Assembly (NCBI GenBank): GCA_902494625.1
Contig: CABUUB010000001.1
Coordinates: 17,708 to 81,707, forward strand
Source of the DNA: an uncultured Collinsella sp.
Lineage (GTDB): Bacteria; Actinomycetota; Coriobacteriia; Coriobacteriales; Coriobacteriaceae
Length of the DNA stretch: 64,000 nt
Direction: 5' to 3'
A program made the translations under genes and the position numbers. Below the pieces are notes generated by a model, which saw only the letters and a list, made by a program, of their open reading frames with translations, searched no databases and was not told where the DNA came from. Below, piece after piece: positions 8,034 to 17,046 of the stretch (positions are counted from its first letter, which is position 1; each line of letters starts with the position of its first letter).

Positions 8034-8909
8034 ATGGACATGACGGATATGACGAGGGCGGCCGTGTCGCGCCGTCACTTTTTGCAGCTGGCTGGCGCCG
8101 GCATGCTCGCGCTGACGGGGACCGCGCTTACCGGTTGCGGCAACTCCACCAGCGGTGAGGGCTCCGACAAGGGGTCCAAGCTTGCGGCCATCAAGTCGCG
8201 TGGCCATCTGAATGCCGGCGTTAAGAAGGATGTTCCCGGCTACGGCTATTACGACACCGCCAAGGGCCGCTTTGAGGGCATGGAAGTCGATTTGTGCTAC
8301 CAGATCGCCGCTGCCGTCTTTGGTGTGAGCTACAAGAAGGCTCGTGCCCAGGAGCTTGTCGAGTTTACCGACGTAACGCCCAAGACGCGCGGCCCACTGA
8401 TCGATAACGGCCAACTCGACGTGGTCGCGGCGACCTACACCATCACCGACGAGCGCAAGAAGAGCTGGGATTTCTCGACGCCGTACCGCACCGACTACGT
8501 GGGACTCATGGTCAAGAAGCGTTCGGGCTTTACCTCGATTGAGGATCTGGACGGCAAGGTCATTGGCGTGAGCCAGGGTGCCACCACGCAGGGCCTGATC
8601 GAGCAGATGATCAAGGACAACGGCTTTAGCTGCAAGCCCGAGTTTAGGGCCTTTAGCGGCTATCCCATCATCAAGAGTTCGCTCGACGCCGGCAATATCG
8701 ACGTCTTTGCCATGGACCGCTCCACGCTGGCCGGTTACATGAACGAGACCGTTGAGCTGCTGCAGCCCGAGGTCAAGTTTGGCGAGCAGGGCTACGGCGT
8801 GGCGACCAAGAAGGGCTGCGACCTTTCGGCTGTGGTCGATCAGGTGGTTTGCGATCGCCTGGCCGATGGCTGGCTCGACCAAGAGGTCAAGACCTGGGGT
8901 CTTGTATAG
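8034..8909 (+). CDS. amino-acid ABC transporter substrate-binding lipoprotein
   Basis: Tat-like SRRHFLQLAG followed by the lipobox LTGC. Family-3 SBP motifs are present (LNAGVKKDVPGYGY, DVVAATYTITDERK, GVSQGATTQ). Confidence 0.85.
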   Translation: MDMTDMTRAAVSRRHFLQLAGAGMLALTGTALTGCGNSTSGEGSDKGSKLAAIKSRGHLNAGVKKDVPGYGYYDTAKGRFEGMEVDLCYQIAAAVFGVSYKKARAQELVEFTDVTPKTRGPLIDNGQLDVVAATYTITDERKKSWDFSTPYRTDYVGLMVKKRSGFTSIEDLDGKVIGVSQGATTQGLIEQMIKDNGFSCKPEFRAFSGYPIIKSSLDAGNIDVFAMDRSTLAGYMNETVELLQPEVKFGEQGYGVATKKGCDLSAVVDQVVCDRLADGWLDQEVKTWGLV

Positions 8910-8934
8910 GCGCATCGTCCAAGGAAGGAATCAA

Positions 8935-9681
8935 ATGCTCGAAGGATTATTTGACGCCGACCGTTGGTCGACGACATTTCAAAATATGGGGCCCTTCTGG
9001 GAGGGCTTTGGCGTGACGCTACAGGTGGTCGTTGCCGGTCTGCTGTTGTCGCTGGTGCTGGGCACGCTGCTGGGCGTGTTCTCTACCACTCGTTCGCGCG
9101 TGCTGCGCGCCATAAGCCGCGCGTACGTGGAGTTTTACCAGAACACCCCGTTGCCCGTACAGGTGCTCTTTATGTACATGGCCGGTCCGCAGTTTTTGCA
9201 GGCCATAACCGGTGCCGACCAGCCGGTGCGCATCGCTCCGTTCGTGCTGGGCTTCTTGGGCGTGGGCCTGTATCACGCGGCCTACATTTCGGAGGTCATC
9301 CGCACTGGTATCGAGGCGGTTCCGCGCGGTCAGATGGAGGCGGCCCAGAGCCAGGGCTTCACCCGTGCGCAGGCGTACTGGTACATCGTACTGCCCCAGA
9401 CATTCAAGATCATTCTGCCGCCGCTGTGCAACCAGGCGCTCAACCTGGTCAAGAATACGTCGGTACTGGCGCTTGTGGCCGGCGGCGACCTTATGTACCG
9501 TTCCGACAACTTTGTGAGTCTGTACGGCTACCTGCAGGGATACATCGTCTGCTGCCTTATGTACTTCATCATCTGCTTTCCGCTCGCCATGCTGGTGCAG
9601 TGGCTCGAGCGCCGCTCCAAGGAGCGTCCGCGCGGCGTGAGCCTGGCCGAGCTGGGGCTCGACAACGTAGAGGAGGCCTAG
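8935..9681 (+). CDS. amino-acid ABC transporter permease
   Basis: His/Glu/Gln/Arg-type permease. The EAA loop reads IRTGIEAVPRGQMEAAQSQGFTRAQAYWYIVLPQ. Internal ATG chosen because the longer ORF overlaps the SBP gene. Confidence 0.85.
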   Translation: MLEGLFDADRWSTTFQNMGPFWEGFGVTLQVVVAGLLLSLVLGTLLGVFSTTRSRVLRAISRAYVEFYQNTPLPVQVLFMYMAGPQFLQAITGADQPVRIAPFVLGFLGVGLYHAAYISEVIRTGIEAVPRGQMEAAQSQGFTRAQAYWYIVLPQTFKIILPPLCNQALNLVKNTSVLALVAGGDLMYRSDNFVSLYGYLQGYIVCCLMYFIICFPLAMLVQWLERRSKERPRGVSLAELGLDNVEEA

Positions 9682-9684
9682 CGC

Positions 9685-10323
9685 ATGGAAATCTTCAACG
9701 CGACCAACCTGCTCTACATTTGGGGCGGCTTTGTTAAGACAATCGAGATCTCGGCGCTGTCGATCTTTTTCTCGCTCATCTTCGGCACGGTGCTGGCGCT
9801 CGTTAAAAGCTATGCGCCCCGCCCGTTCCGTATTTTGGTGAGCGCCTATATCGAGCTGTTCCGCTGCACGCCGAACCTGCTGTGGATCCTTTTTATCTAC
9901 TTTACGGTGCAGGGTTTGGACATTGTGATTTCGACCATCGCCTTTACGCTGTTTACCAGCGCTGTTATGGCCGAGATTGTGCGCGGCGGCCTCAACTCGA
10001 TTCCGCGCGGCCAGTTTGAGGCAGCGCAGAGCCAGGGTTTTGGCTTCTTTGCCACCATGCGCTACATCATTCTGCCTCAGACGTTTAAGACGATCATTCC
10101 GGCGCTGTTTAGCCAGTGCACGACCGTCATCAAGGACAGCTCGTATCTTTCGGGCATTAACGTGGCCGAGCTCATGTACACGGCAAATGTCGTGATGGCC
10201 CACGCGATCGACCTGTCGCAGGTGCTTATGCTCTATGGCCTGGTGTTTGCGATGTACTTTGTGCTCAACTTTGGTATCTCGCTGCTGGTCCGCGCATATC
10301 AGAGGCGAATGGTGGCAGCGTAG
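9685..10323 (+). CDS. amino-acid ABC transporter permease (second subunit)
   Basis: EAA loop VRGGLNSIPRGQFEAAQSQGFGFFATMRYIILPQ. RBS GAGGAGG. Confidence 0.85.
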   Translation: MEIFNATNLLYIWGGFVKTIEISALSIFFSLIFGTVLALVKSYAPRPFRILVSAYIELFRCTPNLLWILFIYFTVQGLDIVISTIAFTLFTSAVMAEIVRGGLNSIPRGQFEAAQSQGFGFFATMRYIILPQTFKTIIPALFSQCTTVIKDSSYLSGINVAELMYTANVVMAHAIDLSQVLMLYGLVFAMYFVLNFGISLLVRAYQRRMVAA

Positions 10324-10371
10324 AATGTGGCAAAGGGACTGTCCCTTTGTCACATAGAGAAAGGAATCGCG

Positions 10372-10995
10372 ATGAGCGATCTGGAGAATAAGAAGAATCC
10401 TGTGGTCATTACCATCGCGCGCGACTTTGGCGCCGAGGGCCACGAGATTGGTCGCATGCTTGCCGACGAGTTGGGGATTCCGCTGTACGATAACGAGCTG
10501 CTGGTGCGTGCGTCGCTGCGCGCGGGCGAGTCGCTCGACAAGATGGCTGCCTACGACGAGCGCCTGGCCGTGGAGAACATGGCGTTTCTGCCCGACCGTT
10601 ACGACGCACGTTCGTACTCGGACAAGTTGTTCCAAAAGATGAGCCAGGTGATTTTGGATTTGGGCGAGACCGAGAGCTGCATTATCGAAGGCCGCCTGTC
10701 CGATTACCTGCTGCGCAACAACCCCAACCACATTGCCGTGCTGGTGACCGCACCCTTTGAGGACCGCGTCGAGATCGTGCGCAAGAAGCGTGGCCTTAAC
10801 AAAAAGAAGGGTGCCAAGCTGGTCAAGCAGCAGCAGAAGGCGCGCGAGGCGTTCTATAAGCGCTATAGCGCCGGAAAGTGGAAGATGACGAGCGGTAAAG
10901 ACATCGTCGTCAACCGCGCCAAGCTGGGCCGCGAAGGCTGCAAGGACGTCATCGCCGCAGCCTACCGCTACAAGGTGGCTCAGCTCGAGGGTTAA
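10372..10995 (+). CDS. cytidylate kinase-like family protein
   Basis: VVITIARDFGAEGHEIGRMLADELGIPLYDNELL is the characteristic N-terminus of the cytidylate-kinase-like (non-Cmk) family. Confidence 0.65.
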   Translation: MSDLENKKNPVVITIARDFGAEGHEIGRMLADELGIPLYDNELLVRASLRAGESLDKMAAYDERLAVENMAFLPDRYDARSYSDKLFQKMSQVILDLGETESCIIEGRLSDYLLRNNPNHIAVLVTAPFEDRVEIVRKKRGLNKKKGAKLVKQQQKAREAFYKRYSAGKWKMTSGKDIVVNRAKLGREGCKDVIAAAYRYKVAQLEG

Positions 10996-11000
10996 CCGTC

Positions 11001-11045
11001 AAAACCACCACAAAGGGGACAGGCACCTTTGTGGTGGTTTTTGTT
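11001..11045. terminator. bidirectional hairpin terminator between convergent genes
   Basis: AAAA-CCACCACAAAGG-ggacaggcac-CCTTTGTGGTGG-TTTTTGTTTT. A near-identical hairpin lies inverted at 14434-14467. Confidence 0.65.
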
Positions 11046-12449
11046 TTAGGCTGAGGGAAAGGCTTTGGTGAGACCGGCGCGCGTTTGCGTGTCGGTCTTT
11101 TGGTAGATGGAGCTCAGATGACGCTGCACCATGCGCATCGAGATGCCGAGCTCCTCGGCGACCTGCTTAAGCGGGCGTTCGTCTTGGGTCACGGCTATGA
11201 GCACGTCGACTTCGCGCGGGGTGAGTCCGTGGTCGGCGATAAAGGCCTGACGCTGCTCCTCGATGCTCGGCGCGGCGAGTGCTTCCTCGGCTCGTTGCTG
11301 ATGTTCGCGCTCCTGCTCGGTTTGGGGCAGGCGGAATAGGCCCGCGGCAACGAACGCAACGCTGGCCGCTACGAGCAGCATGAGCGCGCCGATCATGATG
11401 AGGGCGACGTTGCCAGAGGTCACGAGCGCCAGTGAGATACCCGATGTGGTGAACGCGCACACATTGTTGGCCGCGCGACCCATGCCGGCCCAGAGGGCGG
11501 GCGCGTGCATGCGCGGTGCCAGCTGAGTAAACGTGGCGGTAAAGAACGTGACGAAAAAGCCCGAGCTCAGGTAAAAGACGATGAGGCCCAAGTTGGGATC
11601 GGCGCCGGCTTCCACGGCCAAAATCGAAATGGTGGAGAGTACTGTGACGCCGAGCATGACGAGCCCCATATAACGGCGCTCGGCAAGGTCAAAGACGATG
11701 CCGGCGACGAGACCGCTCGCTGCCAAAAAGAGGCGTGGCCAGGTCTGCACGGCGATGGTGCCGTGGGCGTTGGAGAACGTGACTACGTTATCGAGGGTGG
11801 AGAACAGACAGGCGAGAATCATGACGAGCGCAATGCTCCAGCACGCCTGCTTGGCGAGGGCATGCGAGGGTTCGATAAAGGGGTTGACGGTGTGGCTAGA
11901 GCCCTCGTCTGTCGCTTGGGGAGCAGCGCTCAGGGCGGAGATGACGATCGTCGTCGCTCCAAGAACGATGAGCTCTGCGATGCCGCCGCAGTCGCGCAGG
12001 TTAAGGGCGAACTGCATCAGAATGCCCGCGGCGTATGCCGCTCCTGCACCGGTGGCGAGCTTGGGATCGTCTTGGAACGCCATCGCGAACGCATGGTGCG
12101 CCGCAGCACCCAGCAGGCCGAGTCCGAGGAATGTGAGGCACCCCAGAATCTCGAGCGCAAGCGTGCCCGCGGGGAACTGTATCTGGGTCAATCCCAGGAT
12201 GGCGATGGGGACGGCGGCGCTGGCAACTGCCTGGGGCTGGCCTTTACGCTGTGCGAGCCCGAGCAGTGGCGCGTATCCGATAAAGCCGATAACGCTGGCA
12301 CCCAGGATAAAGCCCTGCGCGATCACTACACGCTCGGCACCGGCGAGCAGCCCGACATTGATATCGAAGCGAAACTCGGCGGCAAGAAAGACGAAGGTAA
12401 AGAGCGCGAGTGCCAAAAGCGCGTTGATTTTAGTCTTGCTCAGGTTCAA
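11046..12449 (-). CDS. membrane-embedded LuxR-family transcriptional regulator (multi-TM N-terminal domain plus C-terminal HTH)
   Basis: About 12 hydrophobic helices are followed by a C-terminal LuxR HTH (LTPREVDVLIAVTQDERPLKQVAEELGISMRMVQRHLSSIYQKT). I propose the TTG at 12449, 6 nt after AAAGGA. The ORF stays open to 12692, but that extension would overlap the divergent gene's RBS. Confidence 0.7.
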   Translation of the reverse strand: MNLSKTKINALLALALFTFVFLAAEFRFDINVGLLAGAERVVIAQGFILGASVIGFIGYAPLLGLAQRKGQPQAVASAAVPIAILGLTQIQFPAGTLALEILGCLTFLGLGLLGAAAHHAFAMAFQDDPKLATGAGAAYAAGILMQFALNLRDCGGIAELIVLGATTIVISALSAAPQATDEGSSHTVNPFIEPSHALAKQACWSIALVMILACLFSTLDNVVTFSNAHGTIAVQTWPRLFLAASGLVAGIVFDLAERRYMGLVMLGVTVLSTISILAVEAGADPNLGLIVFYLSSGFFVTFFTATFTQLAPRMHAPALWAGMGRAANNVCAFTTSGISLALVTSGNVALIMIGALMLLVAASVAFVAAGLFRLPQTEQEREHQQRAEEALAAPSIEEQRQAFIADHGLTPREVDVLIAVTQDERPLKQVAEELGISMRMVQRHLSSIYQKTDTQTRAGLTKAFPSA

Positions 12450-12664
12450 GAACGGTCCTTTGGGTGGACGGAACAATCGTGCCCTCGATTGTAGACCAGG
12501 ACGGTATGGGCGGGTCTTTGGAAGGCGAAGACCCCCCTCGGTGATTGCACGCTTGTCGCCTTTTGCACTGGCAGATGCGCCGCATGTGAATTTGTGCCCT
12601 GGAGTCCGGATATCTTCCCGTAACATGGTGTTACAGAAGCATCCCTTACGGCAAGGAGGCTCAC

Positions 12665-14224
12665 ATGCGAAAGCAAATCCATGACAACTCAATCAACCGC
12701 GACCGCTCGTGCGCGCTCTCCCACGGAACGTGGCGTCGCGTGGGCGTCAAGCTCGTCTGCGCGGGGGCTTGCGCGCTCATGGCCGGCCAGCTGTTGCTAC
12801 CGAGTGTGGCACTCGCCGCCGAGTGGGTCAACGTGGGTGGCACGCAGTACAGCAAGGCCGCTGGCGACGATGCCGGAACCTGGTCCTGGGACGGCGCCGA
12901 CGACATGAAGCTCAGCGGCTACGACGGCGCCAGCATCAGCGCTCAGGGCAACCTCAACATTGACGTGGCAGGCACCAACACCATCACGGCCGACGCCAGG
13001 CAGAGCGCCATCGAGGTCAAGAACGGCAACCTCACCATCACGGGGGAGGGGGCCCTCAGCGCGACGGCCGAACGATGGTGGCGCAAGAGCGCTGTTAATG
13101 TCGAGTACGGTAACCTCGCCATCTCGGGCAACGTGACTCTCAACGCAACGGCCGGGACCGATACGATAGCGGTTTCGGGGGACGGCAAGACCGGCGGCGA
13201 CGTAGACATCCGCGGTGCCAACGTTAACGTGACGGCAGCGAACAATGTGCCTGATACCATCGGCATTCACACGCGGGCAGGCAACATAACTATTAGCGAG
13301 GGCGCCGACGTCCACGTCGAGGCAAATGGGCTCGACACAGCCATTGCAGTCTGTGCCGAAAACTACTCCTCCGAGCATGGAGGCTGCATCGCGGTGGATA
13401 ACGCAAAATTAAATGCGGAGGCGCGCAATGGGAACGGTGCGTCGCTCGCCCTGTATTCGGTTGGAAGCAAGACAGATTTATGTTTGAGTATTACCAACGG
13501 GGCGGATGTTACGCTCGTGGTGAGTGATAGGGCCGATGTTTTGGATGGTGTTTGGATGCGCGCGCAGGACGGCGTGTCGCGGGTGCTCGTCGAGAATTCG
13601 AACCTTACAGCTCGATGCGGTGACGGAACTGGCTACAGTCGTAAACATGGCTACGGAATATATTCCCAATCCAGCTCCCAGTCCGCCATCCCTCGAATTG
13701 ACATCATTAATTCAAATGTTGAGGCGTTGGGCTCTACGGCGGCAATCTACGCTGTCAATCTAGGTGATGCAGCCCCTTATCTTGCAATTGATGGCGGATC
13801 GGTAGTTACGACTCCCGCCGGCGGCACCGTGCGAGAAACTACGGGAAACGGACTCGTCATCGGTGCTGCCGGGTCGTCTACTATCCAGGATGTTAGGACT
13901 TCCGACGAGGTTGCCCGCAGCGTGGTAATCAGCTCCGGAGATGCGGTCGAGCCTGAGCCCACGCCGCAGCCTGAGCCCACCCCGGCTCCCACGCCGCAGC
14001 CAGGCGGCGGAAGTGAGACTGGCACGCCGTCCGTGACGCCGACTCAGGCGAGTTCCACGGCTGCTGCCTCCAAGCCGGCCGCGAAGGCCACCGCTGCCCA
14101 GAAGTCCGTGGGCACTCTGGCCGCCACGGGCGACAACGCCGCGACGGCGGCAGCGGCCCTTGGCATCGCCGGCGCAACCGTTGCCGCTGCCGGCATCGCC
14201 GCAACCAAGCGCCGCAAGCGCTAG
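12665..14224 (+). CDS. LAXTG-anchored cell-surface protein with a beta-helix-like repeat region
   Basis: Signal peptide (LVCAGACALMAGQLLLPSVALAAEW). Repeated GNLxIxG / GNVTLNA / GNITISEGADV strands. PEPTPQPEPTPAPTPQP linker. C-terminal LAATG, then a hydrophobic helix and KRRKR (sortase sorting signal, class-E type motif). Confidence 0.8.
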   Translation: MRKQIHDNSINRDRSCALSHGTWRRVGVKLVCAGACALMAGQLLLPSVALAAEWVNVGGTQYSKAAGDDAGTWSWDGADDMKLSGYDGASISAQGNLNIDVAGTNTITADARQSAIEVKNGNLTITGEGALSATAERWWRKSAVNVEYGNLAISGNVTLNATAGTDTIAVSGDGKTGGDVDIRGANVNVTAANNVPDTIGIHTRAGNITISEGADVHVEANGLDTAIAVCAENYSSEHGGCIAVDNAKLNAEARNGNGASLALYSVGSKTDLCLSITNGADVTLVVSDRADVLDGVWMRAQDGVSRVLVENSNLTARCGDGTGYSRKHGYGIYSQSSSQSAIPRIDIINSNVEALGSTAAIYAVNLGDAAPYLAIDGGSVVTTPAGGTVRETTGNGLVIGAAGSSTIQDVRTSDEVARSVVISSGDAVEPEPTPQPEPTPAPTPQPGGGSETGTPSVTPTQASSTAAASKPAAKATAAQKSVGTLAATGDNAATAAAALGIAGATVAAAGIAATKRRKR

Positions 14225-14262
14225 GCTTTTGGTGGCAGCGCCCATTCTCGGCTTTTACAAAA

Positions 14263-14398
14263 TCTCGATCTGTAACACCAAACCTGATAGTTGGGCTCTA
14301 GGTGTTACAGATTGAGACGAACTGTTCAGCCGCTAACCTAACGTCTCGATCTGTAACACGTGGCGAGGAATTTGGTCTCTAACTGTTACAGATTGAGA
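14263..14398. repeat. hairpin-array repeat, locus A (2 units)
   Basis: The 15-mer TCTCGATCTGTAACA and its complement occur at 14263, 14303, 14344 and 14384, alternating in orientation with 40/41-bp spacing. Confidence 0.9.
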
Positions 14399-14551
14399 CA
14401 AACGTCGGAATTGGTTCGCCGGCCAAGTCCCCGACCACCACAAAGGCGCATGTCCCCTTTGTGGTGATGGGTTGGCCGGCATAGAGAAAAGTCCCCGCCG
14501 GGCGTGTGCTCGACGGGGACTTTGCCGTTTGATGGCTAGCGCTGAGGGTGA

Positions 14552-15961
14552 TTACTCGCCCAGCAGGCTCTTGGTGATGGAAGCGGCGGCCTTCTTGCCG
14601 GCGCCCATCGCCAGAATGACCGTAGCGGCACCGGTGACGATGTCGCCGCCGGCCCAGATGCGGGGATCGGTGGTCTGGCCGGTCTCCTCGTCGGCGACGA
14701 TGTAGCCCCACTTGTTGAGCTCCATCTTGCCGCCGATCTTGGCAGCGAAGGGGTTGGCGTTGGTGCCGATAGCCGAGATCGCGACGTCGCAGGGGATCTC
14801 CTCGATGGCGCCCTCGATGGGCACCGGGCGACGACGGCCGGACTCGTCGGGCTCGCCGAGCTCCATCTTCTGGACCTTGACGGCGCACACGGAGCCGTCC
14901 TCGCCAGCGACAAACTCGAGCGGGGAAACGAGCGGCAGAACCTCGACGCCCTCGGCCTTGGCGTGGTGCAGCTCGGCACGACGGCAGGGCATCTCGTCTT
15001 CGGTACGGCGGTAAGCGATGATGGCGTGCTCGGCGCCCAGACGCTTGGCGGTACGGACGGCGTCCATAGCCACGTTGCCGCCACCAAAGACGACGACGTT
15101 CTTGCCGTGCTTGGTGGGGGTATCGTACTCGGGGAACTTGTTGGCCTTCATCAGGTTCACGCGGGTGAGGTACTCGTTCGCGAAGAAGACGTTGGGCAGG
15201 TTCTCGCCGGGGACGTTGAGGAACTTGGGCAGGCCAGCGCCGGTTGCCACGTAGATGGCGTCGAAGCCCTGCTCGAACAGCTCCTCGGCCGTGGCCATGT
15301 TGCCCACGACGGAGTTGTACTCAAACTTGACGCCCATGTCCTCAAGGCCGTCAATCTCACGCTTGACGACTGCCTTGGGCAGACGGAACTCGGGGATGCC
15401 GTAGACCAGCACGCCGCCGCCGGTGAAGAATGCCTCAAAGACGGTAACGTCAAAGCCGTTACGGGCGAGCTCGCCGGCGCAGGTGATGCCGGACGGGCCG
15501 GAGCCGACGACGGCGACCTTCTTGCCGTTCTTGGGGGCCATCTTGGGCGTGGAGGCGAGCTCGGGGCGATCACCCAGGAAGCGCTCGAGCTGGCCGATGG
15601 CCACGGGCTCGGACTTCTTACCACGGATGCACTTGCCCTCGCACTGGTTCTCCTGCGGGCAGACGCGGCCGCAGATGGCGGGAAGCATGGAGTCCTCGCG
15701 GATGGTATCGAGAGCGCCGCCGAAGTCCTTCGCGCGGATCTGCTCGATAAAGCGGGGGATGTTGATGTTGACGGGGCAGCCCTCAACACAGAACGGCTTC
15801 TTGCAGTTGAGGCAGCGCTCGGCCTCGGCCAGCGCCATCTCCTCGGTGAAGCCCTTGTCGACGGGGCGGAAGTCGCAGGCGCGCTCGGCAGCCGGCTCCT
15901 CGTTATCGGGGGTGCGGGGCGACTTCATATCGGCAACGAAACGACCGTTAACTAGTGGCAT
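14552..15961 (-). CDS. nfnB: NADPH-dependent glutamate-synthase-beta-like FeS flavoprotein; NfnB-type subunit
   Basis: 469 aa. N-terminal 2x[4Fe-4S] region (CLNCKKPFCVEGCP...CGRVCPQENQCEGKC), FAD/NAD folds (VAVVGSGPSGITCAGELA, VVVFGGGNVAMD) and a GltD-like C-terminus. It overlaps the upstream NfnA-like gene. Confidence 0.8.
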   Translation of the reverse strand: MPLVNGRFVADMKSPRTPDNEEPAAERACDFRPVDKGFTEEMALAEAERCLNCKKPFCVEGCPVNINIPRFIEQIRAKDFGGALDTIREDSMLPAICGRVCPQENQCEGKCIRGKKSEPVAIGQLERFLGDRPELASTPKMAPKNGKKVAVVGSGPSGITCAGELARNGFDVTVFEAFFTGGGVLVYGIPEFRLPKAVVKREIDGLEDMGVKFEYNSVVGNMATAEELFEQGFDAIYVATGAGLPKFLNVPGENLPNVFFANEYLTRVNLMKANKFPEYDTPTKHGKNVVVFGGGNVAMDAVRTAKRLGAEHAIIAYRRTEDEMPCRRAELHHAKAEGVEVLPLVSPLEFVAGEDGSVCAVKVQKMELGEPDESGRRRPVPIEGAIEEIPCDVAISAIGTNANPFAAKIGGKMELNKWGYIVADEETGQTTDPRIWAGGDIVTGAATVILAMGAGKKAAASITKSLLGE

Positions 15962-16791
15962 GCGCAGCTCTTTTCCTCATAGGCCTTGAGGGACTCGCCC
16001 TCTTCGGAACGGTAAGCGGCCTGGCGGGCACGAAGGTCATCCCAGTCGACCAGGGTGGCATCGAAGTCGGGGCCGTCGACGCAAGCGAACTTGGTCACGC
16101 CGCCCACCTCGACGCGGCAGCAGCCGCACATGCCGGTGCCGTCAACCATGATGGGGTTGAGCGACGCGGTGATGGGGGTGTCGTACTTCTGGGCGGTGAG
16201 GGTCGAGAACTTCATCATCGGAACGGGGCCGACGCAGAAGACCTGGCTCACGGCCTTGTCCTGCAGCAGGCGCTCCAGCGGAGCGGTGACAACGCCCTGC
16301 TCGCCATAGGAACCGTCGTCGGTGGTGATGTGGATGTGGTCCTCGTCGAGGAGCTCGCGGAACTGGTCCTCCATGAGCAGGAGGTCCTTGGTGCGGGCGC
16401 CCATGATGGCGTGAACTTCGTGACCGGTCTCGACCAGGTGCTTGGCGACCGGGAAGGCAATTGCCAGGCCGACGCCTCCGCCAATGACGGCGCAGGGGCC
16501 CTCGGCCATCTCGGTGGGAACGCCCAGCGGGCCCACGACGTCGCGCAGCGACTCGCCGGCCTCGTAGGTGGAAAGCATCTCGGTGGTCTTGCCGATCACC
16601 ATGAAGATGAACTCGACCCAGCCCTCGTCACCGTTCCAGCCGGCCAGGGTAAACGGGACACGCTCGCCCGTCTCGTTGGCGCGAACCATGAGGAACTGTC
16701 CAGCGTGCGCATGCTTGGCGATTGCGGGCGCCTCGATGCGGAACTTGAACACCTTCTCCGAGAACTGCGTCTTCTCCAGGATCTTATACAT
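15952..16791 (-). CDS. nfnA: ferredoxin-NADP reductase-like FAD/[2Fe-2S] protein; NfnA-type subunit
   Basis: 279 aa. FNR-like fold (RVPFTLAGW, GGGVGLAIAFP) with a C-terminal Cys cluster (GTGMCGCCRV...FACVDGP). The pairing with the GltD-like gene is the NfnAB arrangement. Confidence 0.75.
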   Translation of the reverse strand: MYKILEKTQFSEKVFKFRIEAPAIAKHAHAGQFLMVRANETGERVPFTLAGWNGDEGWVEFIFMVIGKTTEMLSTYEAGESLRDVVGPLGVPTEMAEGPCAVIGGGVGLAIAFPVAKHLVETGHEVHAIMGARTKDLLLMEDQFRELLDEDHIHITTDDGSYGEQGVVTAPLERLLQDKAVSQVFCVGPVPMMKFSTLTAQKYDTPITASLNPIMVDGTGMCGCCRVEVGGVTKFACVDGPDFDATLVDWDDLRARQAAYRSEEGESLKAYEEKSCACH

Positions 16792-17004
16792 AGAACCCCT
16801 CTCTTGTTAGGGCCGCCGAACCGTGCCTCCACGGAAATGGACGGTAGCCCGAGTAAAACCGTACGCGCACAGGCGTTGTGCAGACATACGGTGCAAATTA
16901 TACCCTCATGGCAATGTCGCTTACGTGTATCTTTGGCAGGCGGGAAAAGTGACCTGCCAAAAAGGGACAGGTTTATTTTGGTCGGTTTTATCAGGCAAAA
17001 CGGC

Positions 17005-17046
17005 AAAGGGGGCCGGCCTCGCGCTTCGGTAAGGCCGGCCCCCTTT
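17005..17046 (-). terminator. intrinsic terminator of pth
   Basis: AAAGGGGGCCGGCC-N14-GGCCGGCCCCCTTT. On the minus strand it is followed by TTTGCCGTTTTGCC. Confidence 0.65.

Noticed and set aside
12450-12692. Upstream 81-codon extension of the LuxR regulator ORF (ATG at 12692 or 12626)
   Set aside because: The extension is Cys/Arg/Pro-rich and non-hydrophobic, unlike the rest of the protein. It would overlap the RBS and start of the divergent surface-protein gene. A TTG with AAAGGA upstream sits right before the first TM helix. The true start still needs experimental confirmation.
14552-15961. Annotation as bona fide glutamate synthase small subunit (gltD)
   Set aside because: No GltB large-subunit gene is adjacent. 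Instead the gene overlaps an FNR-like [2Fe-2S]/FAD protein gene. That pairing is characteristic of NfnAB transhydrogenase or related sulfide-dehydrogenase-like enzymes.
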